Notes under the pieces: generated by a model
What the model was told of the DNA's origin: nothing
Database searches by the model: none
Seen by the model: only the letters and a program-made list of their open reading frames with translations
Part shown: positions 30,447 to 39,167 of the stretch, piece by piece
Position numbering within the stretch: position 1 is the first letter of the stretch
How the letters are laid out: every line of letters begins with the position of its first letter
DNA from: a virus
Strand: one strand, 5' to 3'
UHGV virus genome: UHGV-1372779
DNA: 64,000 nt
Made by a program: the position numbers and the translations under genes

Positions 30447-31106
30447 ATGGGAATTAAGAAATTTAAAAAGTGTTCTTGTTGTGAAAAAGAGCTCCCAGCT
30501 AATAAAAACTATTTTAAAAGAATAAAAAATAAAGAGACTTCTAAGGAAGAACTAAGTAATGTTTGTAGAGGGTGTGAAAACAAATTACTGTTAGAAGAGA
30601 ATTGGAAGGACGGTAAATTAAAATGTTTTATATGTGGAGAATATTTAGATGAAGATAACTTTTCACATAGTGAGCATTACGAGTATAGAAATCATAGAGA
30701 TAAAAGATGTACAAAATGTAAAACTTTACAAAGTAAATTAGCAAGATCAAAATATTCAGATGATCAGAAGCTGGAGAAGACTCTTAGAAATAGACTAGAT
30801 GGAGCTAAAAGAAGAGCCATAAAGAAAAATATTCCTTTTGATTTAGATTTGGAATTTATAAGAAAACTGTGGGATGAACAACGTGGACTGTGTAAAGTAT
30901 CTAAGCTGCCTATGACATATACTTTAGATAGTGGAAGAACTTTTTCTAATGTAAGCATTGATCAAATAAATCCTTCTTTAGGATATACTAGAGATAATAT
31001 ACAACTTGTATGTATGTCTATAAATCAATTAAAATCAGATTTTGATATGAATACAGTTTTACTAATTTGCTCTAATGTAGTTAAAAATTACGAAAATGTC
31101 AAGTGA
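30447..31106 (+). CDS. Zn-finger plus HNH_3-like (beta-beta-alpha-Me) domain protein (219 aa)
   Basis: Four CxxC pairs at the N-terminus. The C-terminus SIDQINPSLGYTRDNIQLVCMSINQLKSD resembles the HNH_3 motif (hIDgnk.Nn...NLe.v....N). Paralogous C-terminus in ORF 39168..40151. Confidence 0.45.
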   Translation: MGIKKFKKCSCCEKELPANKNYFKRIKNKETSKEELSNVCRGCENKLLLEENWKDGKLKCFICGEYLDEDNFSHSEHYEYRNHRDKRCTKCKTLQSKLARSKYSDDQKLEKTLRNRLDGAKRRAIKKNIPFDLDLEFIRKLWDEQRGLCKVSKLPMTYTLDSGRTFSNVSIDQINPSLGYTRDNIQLVCMSINQLKSDFDMNTVLLICSNVVKNYENVK

Positions 31107-31821
31107 AAAATATGTAAAAGATATTAGTAAATTTCAAATGGGAGGAACTATGAATGGTTTATCTCCTTTACCCATTTGGAGTTTATTTAAATCTAGTAAA
31201 GAAGTTAGGGAAGAACCTAAAAAAGTATCTAAACAACCTCAATTTGAATCTAATAAATCAATCTATGAGGATAAAATTAAATCTAATCCTAAATTTGATA
31301 AGAGAATAAATTGGGATAATATAGATTGGCTACAGCAATTTTTTCATAAAAATCTAGGATATAAAACATCCTTAGGAATATTACCCTCTGTTATTAAAGA
31401 AAGTTTTGGGAATCCTAAAATTAAACAGATAGGTGGAGGGCCTGGATATGGATTATTACAGTGGGAGAAAGGATCTGATAGATATAATAGAATGATGAAG
31501 TATCGCACTGATAGTATTATTCCAGGAGTAGATCCAGAGCTTCAAAGGCAAGCAGAATTTATTATTAACACTACACTTGACTCTCAGCATCCAGATGATT
31601 GGCATCATGGAGGTAAAGGAAGTGGGTTTAATACTGCTGAAGATGCAAGAAAGGCTTTTATTAGTAGAAAAAGTTCTGCTGAAGAAAAAGCTTATGCATT
31701 GTCTGCTGGATATGTAAGACCTAAAGAAGGATTAAATGAAGCTAAGAGAAGAAGTAAAATGACACACTCATTAGATTCTTTATATAATAGTAAGTATTTT
31801 AAAATGTTATCAAATAAGTAA
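31096..31821 (+). CDS. Phage-tail-lysozyme-like peptidoglycan hydrolase (241 aa)
   Basis: GGGPGYGLLQWEKGSDRY...LQRQAEFIINT...YVRPKEG..AKRR resembles the Phage_lysozyme2 pattern (GlaQWtggR...aQl.Fi..E....yerP....R). Confidence 0.5.
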   Translation: MSSEKYVKDISKFQMGGTMNGLSPLPIWSLFKSSKEVREEPKKVSKQPQFESNKSIYEDKIKSNPKFDKRINWDNIDWLQQFFHKNLGYKTSLGILPSVIKESFGNPKIKQIGGGPGYGLLQWEKGSDRYNRMMKYRTDSIIPGVDPELQRQAEFIINTTLDSQHPDDWHHGGKGSGFNTAEDARKAFISRKSSAEEKAYALSAGYVRPKEGLNEAKRRSKMTHSLDSLYNSKYFKMLSNK

Positions 31822-31823
31822 TT

Positions 31824-32018
31824 ATGTTAGGAGGAATAATATTTGTATTCATAGTTTGGTTCGTCCCTATGATTTTATGGTTGATATTCCAAAATCCATT
31901 TAAAAAGAATTCTTCTTGTGAAAGTGGTAAAACTGAGAATAAGTTAGATAAGAAAATATTTTGGGCTGCTTTATCTATTGGTATAGCAATTTTATTAGGA
32001 ATAATTATATTAGCATAA
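31824..32018 (+). CDS. Holin candidate (64 aa, two TM helices)
   Basis: Two hydrophobic helices with a charged loop. Located in the lysis cassette. Confidence 0.4.
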   Translation: MLGGIIFVFIVWFVPMILWLIFQNPFKKNSSCESGKTENKLDKKIFWAALSIGIAILLGIIILA

Positions 32019-32019
32019 A

Positions 32020-32697
32020 ATGTCAGAGTTAGGTAAGAATTATATAGATGTAGAAGTAGGAGACAATGATTATGTCTGTAGAGTAGCCTACGATACTTGG
32101 GAAAAAGGTAGAGGATTAATGAATGAGGAGAATCTGGGAGATAATGAGGGGATGTTATTTATATATGATGAACCTCAAGAAGAGATCTCCTTTTGGATGA
32201 AGGATACTCCTTTAGATTTAGATATTGTATTTATATGTCCATGTAAAAAAGTTATTTCAGTTGGACAAGGAATAGCTAATACCACTGATCTAATAACAGA
32301 GAATAATGTTCAATTTGTACTAGAGGTAAAAGCTGGATCAGGAATAAAAGAAGGAGATGAAGTAGAATTCGATGGGTTAGAAGATTTTATTGAAGATAGA
32401 ATTGAATCATTACCACAAGAAAATGTTGAAAAAGTTCTTGATTCTGAAAGAGAAAAACTCTCTGCTCTTCTTAAAGTATTAGATCCTGAGGGAGAAGTTC
32501 AATTGGTTATAAAAGGAGATGTTAGAATATTCTCTAGAAAGAATACTAAAGTCCTAATTAGACAAGCCAAGAAAGCTGATAAATTAAAAACTGATTCAGC
32601 CTATAAAAGATTAGGAAAATCAATATTTAAATACATGAAAATACAAGATGAGAATGGGGAAGAATATGTAAAACCTAATAAGAAGAATAATGAGTAA
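32020..32697 (+). CDS. DUF192-family protein (225 aa)
   Basis: GRGLMNEENL..GMLFIYDEP..ISFWMKDTPLDLDIVFICPCKKV...VLEVKAGSGIKEGDEV matches the DUF192/COG1430 consensus (GLMgr..l...GMLF.f.....fWMknT.ipLDiiFid..g.V........PC.....vLEv.aG.....i..Gd.V). Confidence 0.65.
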   Translation: MSELGKNYIDVEVGDNDYVCRVAYDTWEKGRGLMNEENLGDNEGMLFIYDEPQEEISFWMKDTPLDLDIVFICPCKKVISVGQGIANTTDLITENNVQFVLEVKAGSGIKEGDEVEFDGLEDFIEDRIESLPQENVEKVLDSEREKLSALLKVLDPEGEVQLVIKGDVRIFSRKNTKVLIRQAKKADKLKTDSAYKRLGKSIFKYMKIQDENGEEYVKPNKKNNE

Positions 32698-33262
32698 AAA
32701 GATAAATCTAATCAATTTAATTCTTGAAGGAGAAGGAGGATATGTAAATGATCCAGATGATTCTGGAGGAAGAACTTATAAAGGAATCTCTGAAAAGAAT
32801 TTCCCTAATTGGGAAGGTTGGAATATAATTAATAAGTATGAACCACTGAAAAGAGGACAAGTGATTAGGGATGAGGATTTAGAGGAAGAAATATATGAAT
32901 TTTATTTAGTTCACTTCTATTCCAAACTAAAAATAGATCAGATTAATAATTTATATATCTCAGCTCATCTATTGGATCATGGAGTTAATGCTGGAATCTC
33001 TAATGGTGTTAAATGTTTACAAAGAGCAGTTAATAAGACTTGTCCAGCTAATTTATCTGTAGATGGTAAAATTGGCCCTAGGACAATTAATGAGGCAAAT
33101 ACCTGTAGTCCCAGAATACTTTTAGATAATTTTATTAAAGAAAGACAAGAATACTATAAATCTATTGTGACCAAGAATCCTAAACAAGAGAAATTTTTGA
33201 AGGGATGGTTAAATAGAATAGATAATGTAAATAAATATATTAACAATTTAAAAGAGAAATAA
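32690..33262 (+). CDS. Endolysin, glycoside hydrolase family 108 (N-acetylmuramidase, 190 aa)
   Basis: EGEGGYVNDPDDSGGRTYKGISE matches the GH108 signature (EGGYvndp.DpGG.TkyGIt). Confidence 0.8.
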   Translation: MSKKINLINLILEGEGGYVNDPDDSGGRTYKGISEKNFPNWEGWNIINKYEPLKRGQVIRDEDLEEEIYEFYLVHFYSKLKIDQINNLYISAHLLDHGVNAGISNGVKCLQRAVNKTCPANLSVDGKIGPRTINEANTCSPRILLDNFIKERQEYYKSIVTKNPKQEKFLKGWLNRIDNVNKYINNLKEK

Positions 33263-33353
33263 TTATGGCTTGTAAAGGTAGTAAAAAATCTGGATCTTCT
33301 AAAGGAAAATCCGGAAAAGGAAGTAAATAATTAATTAATAATTTAAATTAGGT

Positions 33354-33844
33354 ATGGCAATATATGTAGGAAACACATTAGTTGCTGATGTAGGAGGGGG
33401 GGGGTAAACCTCTCTACCTCTACTGCAACTAGATATTTAGTTGGATCGGCTTCTACTACAGGAGATACTGAAAATTTGTATACTAATTCTAATTGTTATA
33501 TGAGTAATAATAATTTATATAGTAATGGTAATAAAGTAGTGACAGAAACTGACTATCTTAAATTAGTAGGGGATCATAGGGCAACTGTTAATGGATATAT
33601 AACATTGGGGAGAATAAAAATTAATTGGGGAACATTATCTATAGGCCCAAATACTAGAGGAAGCACAAATTTTGCTAGTTCTTTTGGTGGAAATCCTTAT
33701 ACGGCAGTTTGTACATGGGATTATGATGCTGTAGGAGGACAAGAAAATTATGCAATTTATCAGTTATCTTCCTCAACAATTTATATTGTTAATGGTGAAG
33801 GAACCACCAGATTATTTAGATATATAGCTATAGGTCCAGCATAA
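33354..33844 (+). CDS. Candidate gene interrupted by G9 homopolymer (leader MAIYVGNTLVADVGGGG, then 122-aa ORF in the +1 frame)
   Basis: The ATG at 33354 reads 17 codons into a G9 tract (33396..33404) and stops. One extra G fuses it in frame to ORF 33476..33844, whose annotated start is TTG. The leader resembles the start of ORF 34492 (MAVYVG..). Confidence 0.4.
33396..33404 (+). repeat. G9 homopolymer tract
   Basis: Nine consecutive G in a roughly 30% GC genome, at the junction between an ATG leader and a +1-frame ORF. Confidence 0.9.
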
Positions 33845-33845
33845 T

Positions 33846-34253
33846 ATGAAAATTAAATACTCTTCATTGATTCCATTTAAAGGATTTTATGCAATAAATC
33901 TTTATGGAACTATGTATATTAGGAAAGAATTTAAAGATAGTCCTTTGAGATTAGATGAGTATGATATAAATCATGAAGAAATTCATTCAGCTCAAGCAAG
34001 GGACTTCTGTAAGATAAACTGGATAGGATATACTATATTCTATATATTTTATTTCTTATTCTGGTTAGTAGAATTAGTAAGACCTCCATATGATGAGGCA
34101 TATCATGATATATGTTTTGAAAAGGAAGCATATATTCATGAAAATAATTTAGATTATTTAAAACAAAGAACTAGGTGGTGTTGGTTAAAAGAAAAGTATT
34201 GGAGAAATTATGAAGAACCTAGGAAAAATAAGACTAAAAAGTATAATCAATAA
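33846..34253 (+). CDS. HExxH-motif small membrane protein (135 aa)
   Basis: NHEEIHSAQ (HExxH) followed by a hydrophobic segment (WIGYTIFYIFYFLFWLV). Confidence 0.4.
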   Translation: MKIKYSSLIPFKGFYAINLYGTMYIRKEFKDSPLRLDEYDINHEEIHSAQARDFCKINWIGYTIFYIFYFLFWLVELVRPPYDEAYHDICFEKEAYIHENNLDYLKQRTRWCWLKEKYWRNYEEPRKNKTKKYNQ

Positions 34254-34264
34254 ATTTAAATGAT

Positions 34265-34483
34265 ATGAATAAAATTAGAGAAATAATTAATAAAATTTTA
34301 TCTACTAAAGTAGGAAAGTTCTTATTTGAATTTACTAACATGGTTGCATTGATATTCTTAACTATTTATATGTTTGCACATGTTGAAATTGTTTTTGGAA
34401 TAATTGCATTATTCTGTGCATTTTCTAATGCTTTAGTATTAGTTGATAAATATTTTATTAAGAATAAAAGTAAAGTAAAGTAA
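34265..34483 (+). CDS. Small membrane protein (72 aa)
   Basis: Two hydrophobic helices. Confidence 0.4.
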   Translation: MNKIREIINKILSTKVGKFLFEFTNMVALIFLTIYMFAHVEIVFGIIALFCAFSNALVLVDKYFIKNKSKVK

Positions 34484-34491
34484 AGTAAAAT

Positions 34492-35361
34492 ATGGCTGTA
34501 TATGTAGGAGCCGATGAGTTATCTAAAATATATGTTGGAAATTCTAATGGAAATAGTATTTATTTAGGAGATAAAAAGGTTTGGCCTAATTATCCTGATT
34601 TAGATCCTATAGTAGCACAGATAACAAAAGATTTAAAAATAGTGCCTATCCATTATTGCAAATTTGATGGAAATATAACACAAACTCCTTTACTTATTGA
34701 TGGAGTTCAAATGAGTCCTATTAACTTTATCAGTACTCCAAACAGTCCTACATATGAAAAAGGTGTTGGAGGGAGGAAAGCACTGAAATGTAGTTATGTT
34801 GATATTTCTTTAGCTCAATTAGCTAAAGCACAACATAGTGTATTCATATCAATGCTAATAAAACAAACTACTTCAAATAGTACTTATTCAGGAGTTTTAG
34901 GAGGAACTATATTTGGATTAAATACTAAAGGATATGGATATGCTTTAGGATGGGGTCCTAGTATACAAAATAATAAAATCTGTGCTGAAAGTTATGCTGG
35001 TGGTGCAGCAGCAACTTCTTATAATACTGTTATGACTGCCAATAAATGGCATCATGTTATGATGGAATTTAGAAGTCCAATAACTGCAACAGGAGATGGA
35101 ACACCAACATCTTTTCTTTCTATAAATGGTTCTGAATTTACTAAAGGTGTTGGAGCAGGTAGTATAGGTAGTCCATTAGATTATAGTGATTTATCTAGTG
35201 AGCAAGGTGATAGTTACATTCATTTGGGTTGTGTATGGCAGAGTGGAAAAAAATACTTTAAAGGACTTATTCAAGATTTTGTATTATGGATAGATAACAA
35301 ACTTACAGATGCTCATGTAGAATTATTAAAAAATTATTATAGAGAACTTGGAGTATATTAA
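34492..35361 (+). CDS. LamG/concanavalin-like domain protein (289 aa)
   Basis: C-terminus ...SYIHLGCVWQSGKKYFKGLIQDFVLWIDNKLTDAHVELL follows the LamG jelly-roll pattern (...G.iddv.iwn.aLs..ei). Confidence 0.5.
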   Translation: MAVYVGADELSKIYVGNSNGNSIYLGDKKVWPNYPDLDPIVAQITKDLKIVPIHYCKFDGNITQTPLLIDGVQMSPINFISTPNSPTYEKGVGGRKALKCSYVDISLAQLAKAQHSVFISMLIKQTTSNSTYSGVLGGTIFGLNTKGYGYALGWGPSIQNNKICAESYAGGAAATSYNTVMTANKWHHVMMEFRSPITATGDGTPTSFLSINGSEFTKGVGAGSIGSPLDYSDLSSEQGDSYIHLGCVWQSGKKYFKGLIQDFVLWIDNKLTDAHVELLKNYYRELGVY

Positions 35362-35364
35362 AAT

Positions 35365-35402
35365 AAAAAAGGACTAATCAATTAAGATTAGTCCTTTTTT
35401 GT
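35365..35402. terminator. Bidirectional intrinsic terminator between convergent genes
   Basis: A-run, then ggactaatc-aattaa-gattagtcc, then T6. Confidence 0.65.
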
Positions 35403-35617
35403 TATACTTTTATTTCATTTATTAGATTAGTAGAACAATAAACTTTTCCATTTTTCCACCAATCATTCCAATTGCCCGAGCCAGTATTCCAAGGAGTGCT
35501 AGTTATAGTGTAGGGTCGACTATTTTTTATATTTATTTGAATATCTATATCTAAATCTTTTATATTACTTAGCTTTTCTAAAGCTTCAGCAATTTCTTTC
35601 AATTCACTTATTCCCAT
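35402..35617 (-). CDS. Hypothetical protein (71 aa)
   Basis: Small ORF convergent with the LamG gene and sharing the terminator at 35365..35402. Confidence 0.35.
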   Translation of the reverse strand: MGISELKEIAEALEKLSNIKDLDIDIQINIKNSRPYTITSTPWNTGSGNWNDWWKNGKVYCSTNLINEIKV

Positions 35618-35619
35618 AT

Positions 35620-36594
35620 TTAATCATTTAATAATTCAAAAGCATTTACAGTATCAACAGTTTTAATTCCCATAGATTCTAATAATTCTAAAAATCCAGT
35701 GATAACTGGGTTGTCATTATATAAATCTTTAGCCTCTTCTATTGTTAATTTATTTCTTGATAATTCCTTTTCAGATTTACCAATCTTAGCATATTCTGGA
35801 ATCTTATCTAATTTCTCCTCAGGATCATTAGTCGATGTAGAAGTATAAGTATCTTCTACTTTATTTCCTTCTTTCTTTCCAACATATGCCTCAAGTTCCC
35901 ATCTAGCATAATCTTCACAGAATTTTCTATAGTTTTCATCAAGTCTATCAAGCTCAATTCTTTCATATTGCTCAGCTAACTTTTTCCATTGATTATAATT
36001 ATGTATTGCTAGAGCCTTAGCTTGATTTAATTGATCCTTTAATCTAACTATCTCTTCCTCTGCATTTTTCTTATATGTGTCATTTTCAATATAATCACTT
36101 TGCCATTTTACAGTTTCTTCAAGTTGAGATATTTGCTCTTTTGATTCACATAATTTTTCTCCTAAATTGGCAACTCTTTCCCTCTCTATACCAATAGCTT
36201 CTTTCAAATCATCTATAGTATCATCATAGGCCACTTCATTATTTTTATATTCCTCAATCTCACGATGTAATTTTATATTTTCATCATGTAATTCTTCAAT
36301 AGTTTGATATAATCCTTCTTCTTTATTTCTTAATACATAGTTCTCAGAATTAACAGCTTCTAGAAGTTCCTTATTTTCTGATAATTCTTCCTTTAAAGAA
36401 GTTCTTTCAGCTATATAACCACTTACCATCTTTTTTAACTTAGAAATTTCTTGATTCTTAGCCTCAATCAAATCATCCATATTCTTGATAATCTTTAATA
36501 AAGATCCTTCCAATTCACAAAGTTTTCCAACTTCATCATTCATAAAAGAGTCAATCTTTTCGTAAAATTCTTCACTAATTTTTCCCATAATCAT
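35620..36594 (-). CDS. Coiled-coil protein (324 aa)
   Basis: Heptad-rich E/K/L sequence throughout. Confidence 0.5.
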   Translation of the reverse strand: MIMGKISEEFYEKIDSFMNDEVGKLCELEGSLLKIIKNMDDLIEAKNQEISKLKKMVSGYIAERTSLKEELSENKELLEAVNSENYVLRNKEEGLYQTIEELHDENIKLHREIEEYKNNEVAYDDTIDDLKEAIGIERERVANLGEKLCESKEQISQLEETVKWQSDYIENDTYKKNAEEEIVRLKDQLNQAKALAIHNYNQWKKLAEQYERIELDRLDENYRKFCEDYARWELEAYVGKKEGNKVEDTYTSTSTNDPEEKLDKIPEYAKIGKSEKELSRNKLTIEEAKDLYNDNPVITGFLELLESMGIKTVDTVNAFELLND

Positions 36595-36724
36595 ATTTAA
36601 TATTAAATTAATTTATAAAAACAAAGATACTATTTAGAATCTACTTTTCCAAGTAATCCGATTCTAAATAGTATCTAAATAAGGTTATCATACTCAACAT
36701 TTAAATCTTTATGGATTCATCTAA

Positions 36725-37000
36725 TTATCTTAGTTTCTCTCTAAATTCTGGAAGTAGTTCTTTAAGCTCTTCCTTAACTATTCTTTGTCTATCTAAATAA
36801 CTTTTATTTGGATACTTGATTGCACCTAATTCATTAACTATTTGTGTAGCTTCTGGAGATGTTAAATCTGGATCTTCAGACAATATCTTTTGCATTGATT
36901 GCATATTATTTTGTATATAATTTAACATCTTTAAAGCATTTTGTATTACTCTAGGATCAAATTGAGAAAAATCAAAATTCCCAAAATTAAAATTAGCCAT
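36725..37000 (-). CDS. Hypothetical protein (91 aa)
   Basis: ORF. The upstream intergenic region contains the palindrome ACGTGCGCACGT. Confidence 0.4.
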   Translation of the reverse strand: MANFNFGNFDFSQFDPRVIQNALKMLNYIQNNMQSMQKILSEDPDLTSPEATQIVNELGAIKYPNKSYLDRQRIVKEELKELLPEFREKLR

Positions 37001-37131
37001 ACCTGATTCAATTTAATATTAATATCATTTGTTATTTATTAATACAAAGATAGTAAATATTTAATAAAGTATAGCTTAGATTATGAATTTATATTATCAT
37101 GTGCTATTTAAAATTATACCTTTATTATATA

Positions 37132-37143
37132 ACGTGCGCACGT
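37132..37143. promoter_or_regulatory. Perfect 12-bp GC-rich palindrome ACGTGCGCACGT in AT-rich intergenic DNA
   Basis: Self-complementary 12-mer upstream of ORF 36725..37000. Confidence 0.4.
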
Positions 37144-37275
37144 ATAATTTAAAATCATATTTCCAAATTAATTTTGGGAATTTTTATTTATCTAATAGGA
37201 GAATTTATTAGAGTAATATTATTGCTGATAATAGTGCAACTATTGCTATAAATAACTTTAATGCTTTACTAGTCT

Positions 37276-37503
37276 TCATATTGAGGTTAATTTATATTTA
37301 AGTTCTCTTAGATTATTTTCTAATTGAACAACCTTATTTATTTCAAATGATTTTATTGCTATGATCTTAGCTTCTAAATCTCCTACACTTAATTTAAGAT
37401 CTATTATAGCTTTTATTAATAACTCCCACTTATCCTCAGGATTCATTAATTTATTCTTACAATCCTCTAATTGATTTATTGTCACTGAATTTATCATACT
37501 CAT
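37276..37503 (-). CDS. Hypothetical protein (75 aa)
   Basis: Small ORF. Confidence 0.3.
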   Translation of the reverse strand: MSMINSVTINQLEDCKNKLMNPEDKWELLIKAIIDLKLSVGDLEAKIIAIKSFEINKVVQLENNLRELKYKLTSI

Positions 37504-37774
37504 TAATCATATTTAATGCCATATTGGCAGCATTATGTAATAAATTATTATTTACTTCAACATTTATTATATTAGAATAACTTTCTAATATACTTATTAT
37601 CTTATTCATACATTCCTGTTTAGCAAATGTTTTATAAAATACGGATTCAAGTATTGCTTTTTGCATTTCTGAATCTGGAGCATCATCAGAATCTAAAGGA
37701 AATCTTACTTCTGAATCTCCAAATTCTGAATCAGTAAATATTGTATAACCATTTTCTACGTCAACTCTTAGCAT
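37457..37774 (-). CDS. Hypothetical acidic protein (105 aa)
   Basis: Small ORF. Confidence 0.35.
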   Translation of the reverse strand: MLRVDVENGYTIFTDSEFGDSEVRFPLDSDDAPDSEMQKAILESVFYKTFAKQECMNKIISILESYSNIINVEVNNNLLHNAANMALNMINEYDKFSDNKSIRGL

Positions 37775-37930
37775 CTTCCCAGCTTTTGTCTAATAATTTC
37801 CAAAAATCATAATCATTAACTCCCATTTCCTCTAAGTCTTTATAAAAGCTTTTAGAGTTATCTAATAATTTTTCTTCAAATTCTCTAAGAGCTTTTATTA
37901 GTTCTTCTTTTACAAATACTTCATTTTCCA

Positions 37931-38677
37931 TTACTCTGTTTCACATTTAATTACATCCTCATAATTTACATGAATATAAGATTCCTTATCACGATCTCTA
38001 TTTATAATATTTATTTGATCTATTAAACTCTTAATTATCCTATCCTTCTCTTGGTCTTTTCTTTTCAATTCCATAATATCTTCTGTATTTTCTTGCACCT
38101 GTGCAGCCAAAAATAAAACTGCTTGTCCTACCTTATTTAAATCAAATACAAAAGATTTATCCATTTTGGATATAATACTTTTCTCCTCTAAACCTGTAAT
38201 AATTTTTTTAGTTACATGAGGAGAACATCCCATTATCTTTGAAATCTTATTAGTAGTTAAATTCACATTTCCCATTCCGGTATTAGGATCTTTCTCCATT
38301 TTATTCTGAATACATAAAAATAATGCCTTCTCAGACCCAGTATACTCTTTACTCCTAATAAACTCCATAGTAAACTCTTCTTTATCTCTTAAACTCTTTG
38401 GAGGCCTTTTTAAAGTATATAAATTAGATTTCCCCTTCTTTCCGATTTCTAAATTCCCATTTTCTTGTAACTTCTTTAATCTATTAGAAATAGTATTCTT
38501 TGCCATATTGGCCTCCTTAGATAAAGTATCTAAAGAAACAAAAGTTTGGAATGTTTCTTTATCTGCATAACTTAATAATATCCCATATAACAATACATCT
38601 TTATAATCTAAATTCTCATCATTTGGAATATCATTATCCAATTGAATTCTTTGCGGCTTTTTCTTTCCATTAATCAT
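37931..38677 (-). CDS. Tandem winged-helix DNA-binding protein (248 aa)
   Basis: Two HTH-like segments (LYGILLSYADKETFQTFVSLDTLSKEANMAKNTISNRLKKLQENG; FLCIQNKMEKDPNTGMGNVNLTTNKISKIMGCSPHVTKKIITGLEEKSII). Confidence 0.5.
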   Translation of the reverse strand: MINGKKKPQRIQLDNDIPNDENLDYKDVLLYGILLSYADKETFQTFVSLDTLSKEANMAKNTISNRLKKLQENGNLEIGKKGKSNLYTLKRPPKSLRDKEEFTMEFIRSKEYTGSEKALFLCIQNKMEKDPNTGMGNVNLTTNKISKIMGCSPHVTKKIITGLEEKSIISKMDKSFVFDLNKVGQAVLFLAAQVQENTEDIMELKRKDQEKDRIIKSLIDQINIINRDRDKESYIHVNYEDVIKCETE

Positions 38678-38886
38678 TCTGTTTCATGAAATATTTTTAT
38701 TTTATTTAATCATTTATCAACATTACAAAGATAATAATTATATTTTTGAAAACCGATTGAATATAGAAAATTATAAAATTTTGAACTAATGAGCTCTTCT
38801 TAAATACTATATTTAAAAATGATTATATCTCAATATAATATACTTATTAAAATAATCATTTTATTTAAATATCCAATATAAAACCG

Positions 38887-38928
38887 ATTGTTTGCACTGG
38901 TTGAGATTGAAGTTTGCACTGGTTGAGA
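38887..38928. repeat. Direct repeat GTTTGCACTGGTTGAGAT x2 (tRNA-Phe-derived sequence)
   Basis: ATTGAAG plus TTTGCACTGGTT matches the anticodon-loop and variable/T-stem segment of the window's own tRNA-Phe (ATTGAAGATCTAGGTTTGCACTGGTTCGAT) with TCTAGG deleted. Confidence 0.5.
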
Positions 38929-39167
38929 TATAGAAAATTATTCTTCCAGTTTAATTTAACATTTTTTAACTATTAAAAGTATATATTTAATAAGCTTATA
39001 ATATCATTAACTTAAAATTTTGGATCACAAAAGTTTGCATATATTGACACCTATCTATACTAGCAACTTGGAATCCAGCTACCGACCCTACCCTAGCCAG
39101 GGTTTACAACTCTTCTTCGAAGAGTTTGAAGATTTAAGTTTATTTTAAGCCCCTCCCGTTCTATTGT

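Noticed and set aside
39090-39120. Hairpin aactcttc-ttc-gaagagtt as terminator of ORF 39168..40151
   Set aside because: There is no U-run on either strand after the stem. It was kept only as a possible structural element and not called a terminator.
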